Assembly (NCBI GenBank): GCA_052033715.1
Contig: JBPOJJ010000001.1
Coordinates: 1,331 to 65,330, forward strand
Source: Patescibacteria group bacterium
GTDB taxonomy: Bacteria > Patescibacteriota > Minisyncoccia > Phycocordibacterales > CSBR16-119
DNA: 64,000 nt
Direction: 5' to 3'
Of the stretch, positions 45,638 to 53,402 are shown piece by piece. The notes under the pieces are model-generated. The model saw only the letters and a list, made by a program, of their open reading frames with translations. It was not told the origin of the DNA and ran no database searches. A program made the position numbers and the translations under genes. Numbering within the stretch: position 1 is the first letter of the stretch; every line of letters starts with the position of its first letter.

Positions 45638-46147
45638 CTAGGCAAAACCGATGTCGGATAGTCTTCCTAGGCTTGGGTAGGTCAAAGCGCACGAACGACG
45701 AACGGATTCGATGGTGTCGAGGGTCTCTTGTTGGATCTCGGCCAAGTACCTATCTCGGCCTTCTAGTAAGTAGCCCGCTAACACCTCGGTATCCATGACA
45801 AGTAATGCGTGTCTTCTGAGGAGAGTGAATGGAGCGACATGCTCCACGTAGACCCCAGAACCGCGTAAGGCCTCGCGAATTGACACGGAAAAGTCACTTA
45901 CCATAGAGTGCGCAATAGCAACAAACATGTGTTGCAGAGCACCACTCAAAAAGGCATTCGCCGTTCCGCCAACGATGTTGTCTAGATCCTTCTTGCTTCG
46001 CTTGCGCGAAAGTAGCAGAGCGGAAAATTGACCACTCTGAAACAAATCGAAATCGTGGCGAGGAACGAATACCGCTTGGTGAGAATTCTTGACCTCACCT
46101 CTCAGTCTCTCGTCCCCGATCGTGCTTATGACGACGTGCTTTCTCAT
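45638..46147 (-). CDS. Hypothetical protein (GC-elevated cassette flanked by tRNA-Glu and tRNA-Val)
   Basis: 169 aa: MRKHVVISTIGDERLRGEV...VFVPRHDFDLF... No confident family. GC ~55%. Confidence 0.45.
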   Translation of the reverse strand: MRKHVVISTIGDERLRGEVKNSHQAVFVPRHDFDLFQSGQFSALLLSRKRSKKDLDNIVGGTANAFLSGALQHMFVAIAHSMVSDFSVSIREALRGSGVYVEHVAPFTLLRRHALLVMDTEVLAGYLLEGRDRYLAEIQQETLDTIESVRRSCALTYPSLGRLSDIGFA

Positions 46148-46231
46148 GGGTCTGTCGGTGTTGGTTCAAATAAATTGTATTCCTAAACCCGACTTGAATC
46201 AAGGCCTGTTTTATTGTATCCTGTTGTTCAT

Positions 46232-46304
46232 GCGCGGTTAGCTCAGTTGGTAGAGCGACCCCTTGACGTGGGGTAGGTCACAGGTTCGAATCCTGTATCG
46301 CGCA
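46232..46304 (+). tRNA. tRNA-Val (anticodon GAC)
   Basis: GCGCGGT TA GCTC AGTTGGTA GAGC G ACCCC TTGACGT GGGGT AGGTC ACAGG TTCGAAT CCTGT ATCGCGC A. 73 nt. All stems pair, with one G-U in the acceptor stem. Confidence 0.85.
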
Positions 46305-46307
46305 CAA

Positions 46308-47483
46308 ATGAAAATCCTTTCCATCGAAACGTCCTGCGACGAAACAGCTATCTCAATATTAGAAATTACAGGAGACAAAACGTCACCTTATATTCGTATA
46401 CTTTCCAACGTCCTGCGTTCTCAAATCGAACTTCACCAAGAATTCGGCGGAGTCTATCCGAACCTAGCCAAACGCGAACACGCCAAGAACTTACCGCCCA
46501 TACTTTTGGAAAATCTCAAGTCTGCAAATCTATTAAAAGAAATTTCTTCGAGTCTTTCAGAAGAACAGAAAGATACTTTAAAAGAAACGCTCTCTCACGA
46601 ACCCGGACTCGCTGATGAAATTATAAAAATTGCTGAGTCGGTAGAAAAGCCAGACATCGATTACATCGCCGTCACCACTGGCCCGGGACTCGAGCCGGCA
46701 CTTTGGGTTGGAATCAATTTTGCGAGAGCGCTAAACGCAATTTGGAATATCCCGATCGTGCCAGTCAATCACATGGAGGGACACGTTCTCTCGGTACTCA
46801 TCGATTCGAAGAAAACCGAAATGCAGGAAATACAGCTGTCAGATTTCGAATTTCCTGCGCTCGCTCTCCTTATCTCGGGCGGGCATACGGAACTCGTGCT
46901 TATACAAAATTGGTTGCAATATGAAAAAATCGGCGCCACACGTGACGATGCTGTCGGCGAAGCCTTTGATAAAACTGCACGTTTACTTGGAATCCCCTAT
47001 CCTGGCGGACCGGAAGTTTCGAGGCTGGCTCAAAGCGGGGTGAAGCGCGACGACATCAAACTACCGCGTCCAATGATCGGAACCGACGACTATGAATTTT
47101 CTTTTTCTGGAATCAAAACTTCCGTTTTGTATCTAGTTCAAAAATTAGGAGAGCTTGATGACCAGACCAAGTGCGACATCGCACGAGAATTCGAAGAAGC
47201 CGTGACGGAAGTTTTGGTAAGTAAAACAAGAAAGGCCATCGAAGAATTTGGGATAAAAAATCTCATCGTAGGCGGCGGTGTATCGGCCAATACTCACATC
47301 AAAAGTGAAATGAAAAAAATGTTAGAAGAAAACAATTTCGGTGTGAATCTATACGTACCTGATTCACATCTTTCGACTGACAATTCTGTCATGATCGGTA
47401 TTGCCGGGATGTTTCAAATAAATTCGGGCGCTCCTCTCCCCGACCCGCAATCTCTAAAAGCCGATTCAAATTTGAGTTTGTAA
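46308..47483 (+). CDS. tsaD: tRNA N6-adenosine threonylcarbamoyltransferase TsaD (Kae1/YgjD family)
   Basis: ATG at 46308, 3 nt after tRNA-Val. N-terminus MKILSIETSCDETAISI. Metal-binding H..H and ASKEG-family motifs are present. ~60-aa insertion relative to typical TsaD. The track start at 46263 overlaps the tRNA and is rejected. Confidence 0.85.
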   Translation: MKILSIETSCDETAISILEITGDKTSPYIRILSNVLRSQIELHQEFGGVYPNLAKREHAKNLPPILLENLKSANLLKEISSSLSEEQKDTLKETLSHEPGLADEIIKIAESVEKPDIDYIAVTTGPGLEPALWVGINFARALNAIWNIPIVPVNHMEGHVLSVLIDSKKTEMQEIQLSDFEFPALALLISGGHTELVLIQNWLQYEKIGATRDDAVGEAFDKTARLLGIPYPGGPEVSRLAQSGVKRDDIKLPRPMIGTDDYEFSFSGIKTSVLYLVQKLGELDDQTKCDIAREFEEAVTEVLVSKTRKAIEEFGIKNLIVGGGVSANTHIKSEMKKMLEENNFGVNLYVPDSHLSTDNSVMIGIAGMFQINSGAPLPDPQSLKADSNLSL

Positions 47484-47520
47484 AAACAAGAACGCCCCGG
47501 CCTCAACAGCCGGGGCGTTC
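47482..47520. terminator. Bidirectional rho-independent terminator (12-bp stem) between tsaD and the convergent GC-rich gene
   Basis: taaaaacaaGAACGCCCCGGCctcaacaGCCGGGGCGTTC. Confidence 0.55.
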
Positions 47521-47532
47521 CACAAGAACACA

Positions 47533-48537
47533 TCAGATCCTTTTCGCCCAACCGGACGATTTCGGACCGAATTTGTAACCAATGCCAGACGTCGTGTCGC
47601 GAACGATAATAGTGACACAATTACGGATGGCGTAGTCGAGGGCCTGCAAACCAACGAGCAGTCCATGTTTCTCTTTTCGAAGCTTCCTGCGAAGCCTTTG
47701 AAGCGACGACGGCCAAAGCGGTCGATCGACATTCTTCAACAACTCAACCGTTGCTGTGTCAGACAGTCCAGCAAGCTTAATGGCCTTGGCTATCACGCAC
47801 GCCGTTAGATCAGAGCCATCGTAGCCAAGGGTTACAAGCGCCCGCCCAAGAATGGTGGCAATAAATCCTTCGGTTATAACCACAACACCCTTGTACTCAT
47901 GCCCAGAAGCAATGGTCGCCCCCAGACATTCTTTGAGCAATTGCACACAAAGCCCAACGCTCATCTCATCGTCCACTACAGCATTTGTATGCATCCCCTG
48001 ATCTGACCGCCGGGCTCGCATGAAGCTTGTGGCCGGCAGATAAATAGCCAAGTAGCCCAAGGCTTCGTAGTGTGGTTTGACGAGGACTCGCACATTCAAC
48101 TGCTCGCCAAGGGCTTGCATATTCGCCTGGTGGACACGATCGGGATCACCGTTCTTGAAGAGTTCTTCCAGCTTCTCAAGCGCTCCCGAAAGCAATTCCT
48201 CACAAGCAAACCGAGCTTTATTCGTTGCAAGAAGCTTGATTTCTTTGCTCGTATCTAAGCGCAGAATTTCTCGCCACGCAATTGCCTGATGCTCTTTACA
48301 CAACACTCGCAAGCTATCTCTGACGAAATCCTTCTGTTCAGTAGACTGTGCATTTATAGCTCTCTCGTAAAGAGCATCCAGCTTGTTGGTCACGCCCTTC
48401 TTGGCAGAAACTGTCCAGAAAAGCGTGTCGCTGGTATTCTCCGTTGCCCAAATCAGGGTCTTGAAGGCCTTTTTGGAACCATCAAGTATTCCTCCGCCAG
48501 CCTTCATGCTGCGGAGACTTTTGATCTCTGGTAGCAT
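47533..48537 (-). CDS. Amino-acid-kinase-fold protein resembling the catalytic domain of aspartokinase, without ACT domains (GC-elevated cassette)
   Basis: 334 aa. N-terminus LRSMKAGGGILDGSKKAF is similar to the KFGGTS motif. FWTVSAKKGVTNKL is similar to the VVSAM.GxTNxL motif. TLGYDGSDLTACVIAKAI is similar to the GRGGSDxTA motif. GC ~52%. Confidence 0.45.
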   Translation of the reverse strand: MLPEIKSLRSMKAGGGILDGSKKAFKTLIWATENTSDTLFWTVSAKKGVTNKLDALYERAINAQSTEQKDFVRDSLRVLCKEHQAIAWREILRLDTSKEIKLLATNKARFACEELLSGALEKLEELFKNGDPDRVHQANMQALGEQLNVRVLVKPHYEALGYLAIYLPATSFMRARRSDQGMHTNAVVDDEMSVGLCVQLLKECLGATIASGHEYKGVVVITEGFIATILGRALVTLGYDGSDLTACVIAKAIKLAGLSDTATVELLKNVDRPLWPSSLQRLRRKLRKEKHGLLVGLQALDYAIRNCVTIIVRDTTSGIGYKFGPKSSGWAKRI

Positions 48538-48624
48538 GTCGGTTGGGTTTTTGGGTTATCGACTTCGAATGAAGGTTACAACAATTCCGAAATTAGGTCA
48601 AACCCTTCAAAAAGCCTTATTTCG

Positions 48625-48633
48625 TGTTAAAAT
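48625..48633 (+). promoter_or_regulatory. Extended -10 element (TGtTAAAAT), 6 nt upstream of the valS ATG; suggests a leaderless valS mRNA
   Basis: cgTGtTAAAATctccccATG. Confidence 0.3.
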
Positions 48634-48639
48634 CTCCCC

Positions 48640-50805
48640 ATGACCGAAAACAAAAAAGAGTTTGCCGATATCCCGGAAAAATTCCTAAAACCATACGACC
48701 CACAAGCAACCGAAACCCGGATTTATAAACTCTGGGAAGATTCAGGATACTTCAATCCTGATAATTTACCTGGTGATCGAAGAGAGCCGTTTACCATAAT
48801 GATGCCACCGCCAAACGTCACCGGCGTACTTCATATGGGTCACGCGCTCGGAACTACCATTCAGGACACCCTCATCCGTTATAATCGCATGAACGGCAAG
48901 CGCGCTCTGTGGCTTCCGGGTACCGATCATGCCGCCATAGCCACACAATCCAAAGTCGAAAAAGAAATTTCCAAAAACGAGGGTCTGTCTCGTCACGACT
49001 TGGGTCGAGAAGAAATGCTAAAACGCATCCAAGCTTTTGCCAAAAATTCTCACGATACCATTGTTTCGCAGATCAAAACTTTGGGCGCATCATGTGATTG
49101 GTCTCGTGAAGCGTTTACACTCGATGAAAAAAGAAACGTTGCCGTAAACACCGTGTTCAAGAAAATGTACGACGACGGACTCATCTATCGCGGATATCGA
49201 ATCGTCAATTGGGATCCAAAAGGCCAAACAACCATTTCCGATGACGAAATCGTGTACGAAGAACGCGAAGCGAAACTTTATACATTCAAATATTCCAAGG
49301 ATTTCCCTATTTCAATCTCAACAACTCGTCCCGAAACAAAGGTCGGCGACGTAGCCGTAGCCGTGCATCCAGAAGATGCGCGCTATCAGCAATACATCGG
49401 CCAAACTTTTGAAATTCCAGATTTTTGTGGAGTTAAACTCTCGATCAAAATAATCGCTGATGAAAATGTCGACAAAGAATTCGGCACAGGCGCGCTCGGT
49501 GTTACTCCAGCTCACTCGATGATCGACTGGGAAATGGCGCAGAAAAATGATTTGCCTGTACTCCCGGTCATCAACGAATACGCCAAAATGTCCGTCGGCG
49601 ATGAAAGAATTCTCGGCAAGAAAACCACCGAAGCTCGTGAAGTAATTGTCGAGTGGCTCCGAACCACAGGACTTCTGGAAAAAGAAGAATCGGTTAAACA
49701 AAATATTGGCACAGCCGAAAGAACGAATGGCATAGTAGAGCCTCTGCCAAAACTGCAGTGGTTCGTCGGGGTAAACAAAGAAATTCCTGGAAGAAATAAA
49801 ACCCTCAAGGATCTGACACGCGAACCGGTCGAAGATGGCCGCATAAACATCATGCCAGACTTCTTTACCAAAACTTATTTTCACTGGATCGACAACTTGC
49901 GTGATTGGTGCATCAGTCGACAGATTTGGTATGGACATAGGATTCCAGTCTACTACAAGGGTGAAGAAATTTTTGTTGGCGACAAATCCCCTGGCGATGG
50001 TTGGACACAAGACGAAGACACGCTCGATACCTGGTTTTCCTCGGCGCTTTGGACGTTCTCGACTTTGGGCTGGCCAGAAAATACGCAAGATTTAAAATTT
50101 TTCCATCCGACGAACGTTTTGGAAACCGGTTATGAAATCCTTTTCTTTTGGATTGCTCGCATGGTTCTCATGACAAATTACGTAACCGAGGACATTCCTT
50201 TCAAAAATGTTTACCTGCATGGAACGGTTCGTGATGCGAAAGGACGCAAGATGTCAAAATCTCTTGGCAACGGCCTTGACCCCGTGGAAGTTGCAGAAAA
50301 ATTCGGCACCGATGCCTCACGTATGGCACTCATTGTCGGTACCGCTCCAGGCACAGACATGCGAATAGACGAAAACAAAATCAAAGGCTACAAAAACTTT
50401 GCTAACAAAATTTGGAATATCACTCGATTCATCTTGCAGAATGCCGACAAACCGAACATGGAAACCTCTCTTGAAGCTAACGACGAAAAGCTTTTGCAAG
50501 AATTAAAAGATATCGCCGGAGATATCACTGCCGACATGGAAAACATGCGCCTACACTTAGCGAGTGAAAAAATTTACGGATACATCTGGCACACACTCGC
50601 CGACAAGATTTTGGAGGAAAGTAAATCTATTCTCTCTGTGGGTACTGCCGAAACTGAATCTCGAAAACGTGCGCTTCACGAAATCCTCCATACATCTCTA
50701 AAACTATTGCATCCGTTCATGCCATTTTTAACCGAAGAAATCTGGTCTCTCATCCACAACGAAAAACCAAAGAATTTGCTTATAATTGAATCGTGGCCGG
50801 ATTAA
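48640..50805 (+). CDS. valS: Valine--tRNA ligase (short form, no C-terminal coiled coil)
   Basis: 721 aa. HIGH motif is PPPNVTGVLHMGHAL. KMSKS motif is KMSKSLGN. Has a CP1 editing domain. Confidence 0.9.
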   Translation: MTENKKEFADIPEKFLKPYDPQATETRIYKLWEDSGYFNPDNLPGDRREPFTIMMPPPNVTGVLHMGHALGTTIQDTLIRYNRMNGKRALWLPGTDHAAIATQSKVEKEISKNEGLSRHDLGREEMLKRIQAFAKNSHDTIVSQIKTLGASCDWSREAFTLDEKRNVAVNTVFKKMYDDGLIYRGYRIVNWDPKGQTTISDDEIVYEEREAKLYTFKYSKDFPISISTTRPETKVGDVAVAVHPEDARYQQYIGQTFEIPDFCGVKLSIKIIADENVDKEFGTGALGVTPAHSMIDWEMAQKNDLPVLPVINEYAKMSVGDERILGKKTTEAREVIVEWLRTTGLLEKEESVKQNIGTAERTNGIVEPLPKLQWFVGVNKEIPGRNKTLKDLTREPVEDGRINIMPDFFTKTYFHWIDNLRDWCISRQIWYGHRIPVYYKGEEIFVGDKSPGDGWTQDEDTLDTWFSSALWTFSTLGWPENTQDLKFFHPTNVLETGYEILFFWIARMVLMTNYVTEDIPFKNVYLHGTVRDAKGRKMSKSLGNGLDPVEVAEKFGTDASRMALIVGTAPGTDMRIDENKIKGYKNFANKIWNITRFILQNADKPNMETSLEANDEKLLQELKDIAGDITADMENMRLHLASEKIYGYIWHTLADKILEESKSILSVGTAETESRKRALHEILHTSLKLLHPFMPFLTEEIWSLIHNEKPKNLLIIESWPD

Positions 50806-51473
50806 GTTTAAAAGTTGGTATCATCTCTCTTTTGGGCGGACTCATTCCAGCCTTTTTGTGGTTGTGGTTTTGGCTTCGAGAAGACGACAAGAGGCCTGAG
50901 CCAAGAGGCTTGCTTCTACTGACCTTTATAATTGGAATGGTTTCGGTATTTGTTGTACTTCCGCTTGAAAGATTCTTTGGTGGGTTCGTGACAAACGAAA
51001 AAATGCTCACAATCGTCTGGGTTATTATCGAGGAAGTCATCAAATTCATTGGTATTTACTTCATTGCACTCAAAAGCCGCGACGCAGATGAGCCAATAGA
51101 CTTTGCCATCTACATGATGACTGGCGCGCTTGGGTTTGCGGCGCTCGAAAATGCTTTGTTCCTCATTGACCCAGTGAGTCTCGGCAACACTACCGTCAGT
51201 TTACTGACCGGAAACTTCCGATTCTTGGGGGCAATGCTTTTACACTCGGTTGCCTCAGGAATTGTTGGTATTGGTATGGGTCTCGCATTCTACCGCGGAA
51301 AACTATTAAAAACGACTTTCATACTTATTGGACTTTTGAGCGCAATCACCTTGCATGCAATATTTAATTTTCTTATAATTAGTAGCGATAAAGGATTGTT
51401 CAGTGTCTTCAGTCTTTTGTGGGGAGTCGCAATCATTGTACTTCTCCTCTTTGAACAGCTAAGAAGAATGTAA
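50793..51473 (+). CDS. PrsW-family intramembrane metalloprotease (candidate site-1 protease for anti-sigma processing)
   Basis: 226 aa with a GTG start overlapping the valS end by 13 nt. Multi-TM. Motifs EEVIKF (EExxK), FAALENALF (FxxxE) and HAIFN (HxxxN). Confidence 0.6.
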   Translation: MAGLSLKVGIISLLGGLIPAFLWLWFWLREDDKRPEPRGLLLLTFIIGMVSVFVVLPLERFFGGFVTNEKMLTIVWVIIEEVIKFIGIYFIALKSRDADEPIDFAIYMMTGALGFAALENALFLIDPVSLGNTTVSLLTGNFRFLGAMLLHSVASGIVGIGMGLAFYRGKLLKTTFILIGLLSAITLHAIFNFLIISSDKGLFSVFSLLWGVAIIVLLLFEQLRRM

Positions 51474-51474
51474 T

Positions 51475-51978
51475 ATGTTTAAAAAAAGATCATTTTTTCA
51501 AAAACTAACCGGCGGCTTATCTCTTCGTGACAGCGATGAAGATATTTTTTCTACTGAAGAGGAACTGCCTCGTAGTAAAAAATCCTCTTTTGCTGCGCCC
51601 GAAGAAGACGACACCGATATGAAAGAATGGTCAGAACCAGAAGAAGAACCGAGCGAACTTTCTGTTGATGTCTATCAGACCGGGGACGAAATCGTGGTCA
51701 AAGCTTTTGCTGCAGGTGTTAGGCCAGAAGACCTCGATATCGACATCGCTCGTGATATGGTCACCATAAGCGGCCACAGAAAAGAAGGTGCCATGGCTGA
51801 AACTGGCGATTACCTAACCCAGGAGCTCTTTTGGGGCTCGTTTACCCGAAGTATCGTGCTTCCAGAGGAAATTGATCCCGAAACGACAATTGCCACAGAA
51901 AAGAACGGCCTCATCATAATCCGCCTACCGAAACTTGATAAGAAAAAGAGAACGAAAGTTAGAGTTAAATCGAGATAG
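51475..51978 (+). CDS. Small heat-shock protein (Hsp20/alpha-crystallin family)
   Basis: 167 aa. Acidic N-terminus, then an alpha-crystallin domain (LSVDVYQTGDEIVVKAFAAGVRPEDLDIDI...VTISGHRKE...GSFTRSIVLPEEIDPETTIATEKNGLIIIRLPK). Confidence 0.8.
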   Translation: MFKKRSFFQKLTGGLSLRDSDEDIFSTEEELPRSKKSSFAAPEEDDTDMKEWSEPEEEPSELSVDVYQTGDEIVVKAFAAGVRPEDLDIDIARDMVTISGHRKEGAMAETGDYLTQELFWGSFTRSIVLPEEIDPETTIATEKNGLIIIRLPKLDKKKRTKVRVKSR

Positions 51979-51980
51979 AA

Positions 51981-52214
51981 ATGGAAGATCAGGAACTAAA
52001 ACAAATGGTGAAGGAAACTCACCAAATGGTCTCGAAGCTTTACAAGTTCGAGAAAAATCGTCGATTCTGGCGAGCCTTGAAATTCATACTGATTATTGTT
52101 ATTATCGTTGGGGCATATTTTGCAATATTGCCAGTATTTAATAGAGTTCTGGAGACTTACAACAGTTTCTCTAGCGGAGTTAATGATTTACAGAATCTGG
52201 AACTCCCATGGTAA
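51981..52214 (+). CDS. Small membrane protein (single TM), hypothetical
   Basis: 77 aa with a central hydrophobic helix ALKFILIIVIIVGAYFAILPVF. Start 3 nt after the hsp20 stop. Confidence 0.4.
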   Translation: MEDQELKQMVKETHQMVSKLYKFEKNRRFWRALKFILIIVIIVGAYFAILPVFNRVLETYNSFSSGVNDLQNLELPW

Positions 52215-52241
52215 GTATTAAAAATCCATAATTTTGCCAAC

Positions 52242-52314
52242 GCTCAGGTAGCTCAGTTGGTAGAGCATTCCCCTGAAGAGGGAAGGGTCACCAGTTCGAA
52301 CCTGGTCCTGAGCA
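52242..52314 (+). tRNA. tRNA-Phe (anticodon GAA)
   Basis: GCTCAGG TA GCTC AGTTGGTA GAGC A TTCCC CTGAAGA GGGAA GGGTC ACCAG TTCGAAC CTGGT CCTGAGC A. 73 nt. All stems are Watson-Crick. Confidence 0.85.
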
Positions 52315-52320
52315 CAAAAA

Positions 52321-52392
52321 GCCCTTATAGTTCAATGGATAGAACAGTCCCGTCCTAAGGGATAGATGTACGTTCGATTCGTGCTAAGGGCA
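52321..52392 (+). tRNA. tRNA-Arg (anticodon CCU)
   Basis: GCCCTTA TA GTTC AATGGATA GAAC A GTCCC GTCCTAA GGGAT AGAT GTACG TTCGATT CGTGC TAAGGGC A. 72 nt. One G-U in the T-stem, and position 32 is G. Confidence 0.8.
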
Positions 52393-52403
52393 CCTGGTAA
52401 ATC

Positions 52404-52428
52404 AAAAAACGCCCTGGGGCGTTTTTTG
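52404..52428. terminator. Bidirectional rho-independent terminator after the tRNA pair and after the convergent glutaredoxin gene
   Basis: aaaaAACGCCctggGGCGTTtttt. Confidence 0.5.
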
Positions 52429-52432
52429 ATTG

Positions 52433-52666
52433 CTACATTCCTAGAAGTTTCTTGATTTTTGATTCGTTGAATCCAATTACAAGATCGTCTCCAATATAAA
52501 TGACAGGTACACCCATCTGTCCAGACTTTTCAATCATCTCAGCCCGCTTGTCTTGGTCTTCGGCAACATTGTATTCATTATAAGCGACACTATTGGCTTT
52601 GAAAAACTCCTTGGCCATCTGACAAAAGTGACAAGTCGGCGTCGTGTAGATTGAAACTGGTTTCAT
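52433..52666 (-). CDS. Glutaredoxin/NrdH-like thiol-disulfide oxidoreductase
   Basis: 77 aa. CxxC active site TCHFCQ in a thioredoxin fold. GVPVIYIGDDLVIGF is the glutaredoxin cis-Pro region. Confidence 0.75.
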   Translation of the reverse strand: MKPVSIYTTPTCHFCQMAKEFFKANSVAYNEYNVAEDQDKRAEMIEKSGQMGVPVIYIGDDLVIGFNESKIKKLLGM

Positions 52667-52730
52667 TTCGATAAAAATTAACTTTTAATGTCGAGTTATT
52701 ATAATTTCAAATTAAGTTTAAAGCAAATTT

Positions 52731-53102
52731 CTATTTTTTAAACTTTTTCCCAAACCATCCCGATCCTTCCCCGGGTGGCGTGGTCGTCGGAGACTCTTCT
52801 TTGTTCACAATCACAATCACCTGTTCCCCCTCTTTGACCACATTAAACTTTTCCCGAAGAGCCTTCTCCTGACCATACGAAGTGTTAGCATTTTCGAGCT
52901 CAGTGGTAAGACGAAATTTTTGATCTTCCAGGTTTTCGAGTTCATTTTTAGCGGTATTCATTTTTTCCTCTGCCAGGCGACTCTTGTTAAAAGCTCCGAT
53001 GGCACTATAGACGAATAAGAAGCCCAAAATAATAAGCACTACATAAGCCATGGGTGACTGAATCACTCTAGTTATAAATCTCTTGCTCGAAATTTGGGCC
53101 AT
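52731..53102 (-). CDS. ftsB: Septum formation initiator family protein (FtsB/DivIC-like)
   Basis: 123 aa. Has an N-terminal TM, a coiled coil (NTAKNELENLEDQKFRLTTELENA) and a short C-terminal domain. Confidence 0.6.
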   Translation of the reverse strand: MAQISSKRFITRVIQSPMAYVVLIILGFLFVYSAIGAFNKSRLAEEKMNTAKNELENLEDQKFRLTTELENANTSYGQEKALREKFNVVKEGEQVIVIVNKEESPTTTPPGEGSGWFGKKFKK

Positions 53103-53112
53103 ATAGATAAAT

Positions 53113-53257
53113 TATACCCCCACACCTACTTTTTTATAGCTTTTTATCCTGATCTGGGGATATCCTAAAATAAACTGAATTTTTAGCAGCTTTTGAGACT
53201 GTTTCAAGGCTTATTTTGAAAAAGCAGAATAATAAAAAAGTGAGTGTGGGGGTTATA
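53113..53257. repeat. Inverted copies of a TATA(A)CCCCCACAC / GTGTGGGGGTTATA motif separated by ~118 nt in the ftsB / small-ORF intergenic region
   Basis: tatacccccacac at 53113..53125 and gtgtgggggttata at 53244..53257. The 11-mer gtgtgggggtt also occurs at 36901..36911, upstream of trxB. Confidence 0.4.
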
Positions 53258-53292
53258 CATCTACTAAATTTTATGATACGATATCCCACATC

Positions 53293-53400
53293 ATGATGTT
53301 TAATCCAAAAAACAAGAAAGCCTTCAAGCGCGCCTGGGCCGTTATGGCGGTTATTATCATCGTCTCGATGATCCTCCTCTACGCGCCAATTTTTAGCTAG
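53293..53400 (+). CDS. Candidate 35-aa single-TM micro-protein
   Basis: Below the ORF-track size cut-off. MMFNPKNKKAFKRAWAVMAVIIIVSMILLYAPIFS*. Basic N-terminus plus hydrophobic helix. Convergent with lepA. Confidence 0.3.
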   Translation: MMFNPKNKKAFKRAWAVMAVIIIVSMILLYAPIFS

Positions 53401-53402
53401 TT

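Noticed and set aside
46263-46307. N-terminal extension of the tsaD ORF (MTWGRSQVRILYRAQ...) from the ORF track
   Set aside because: It overlaps the tRNA-Val gene, so it is the tRNA read in frame. The true start is ATG 46308 (MKILSIETSCDE).
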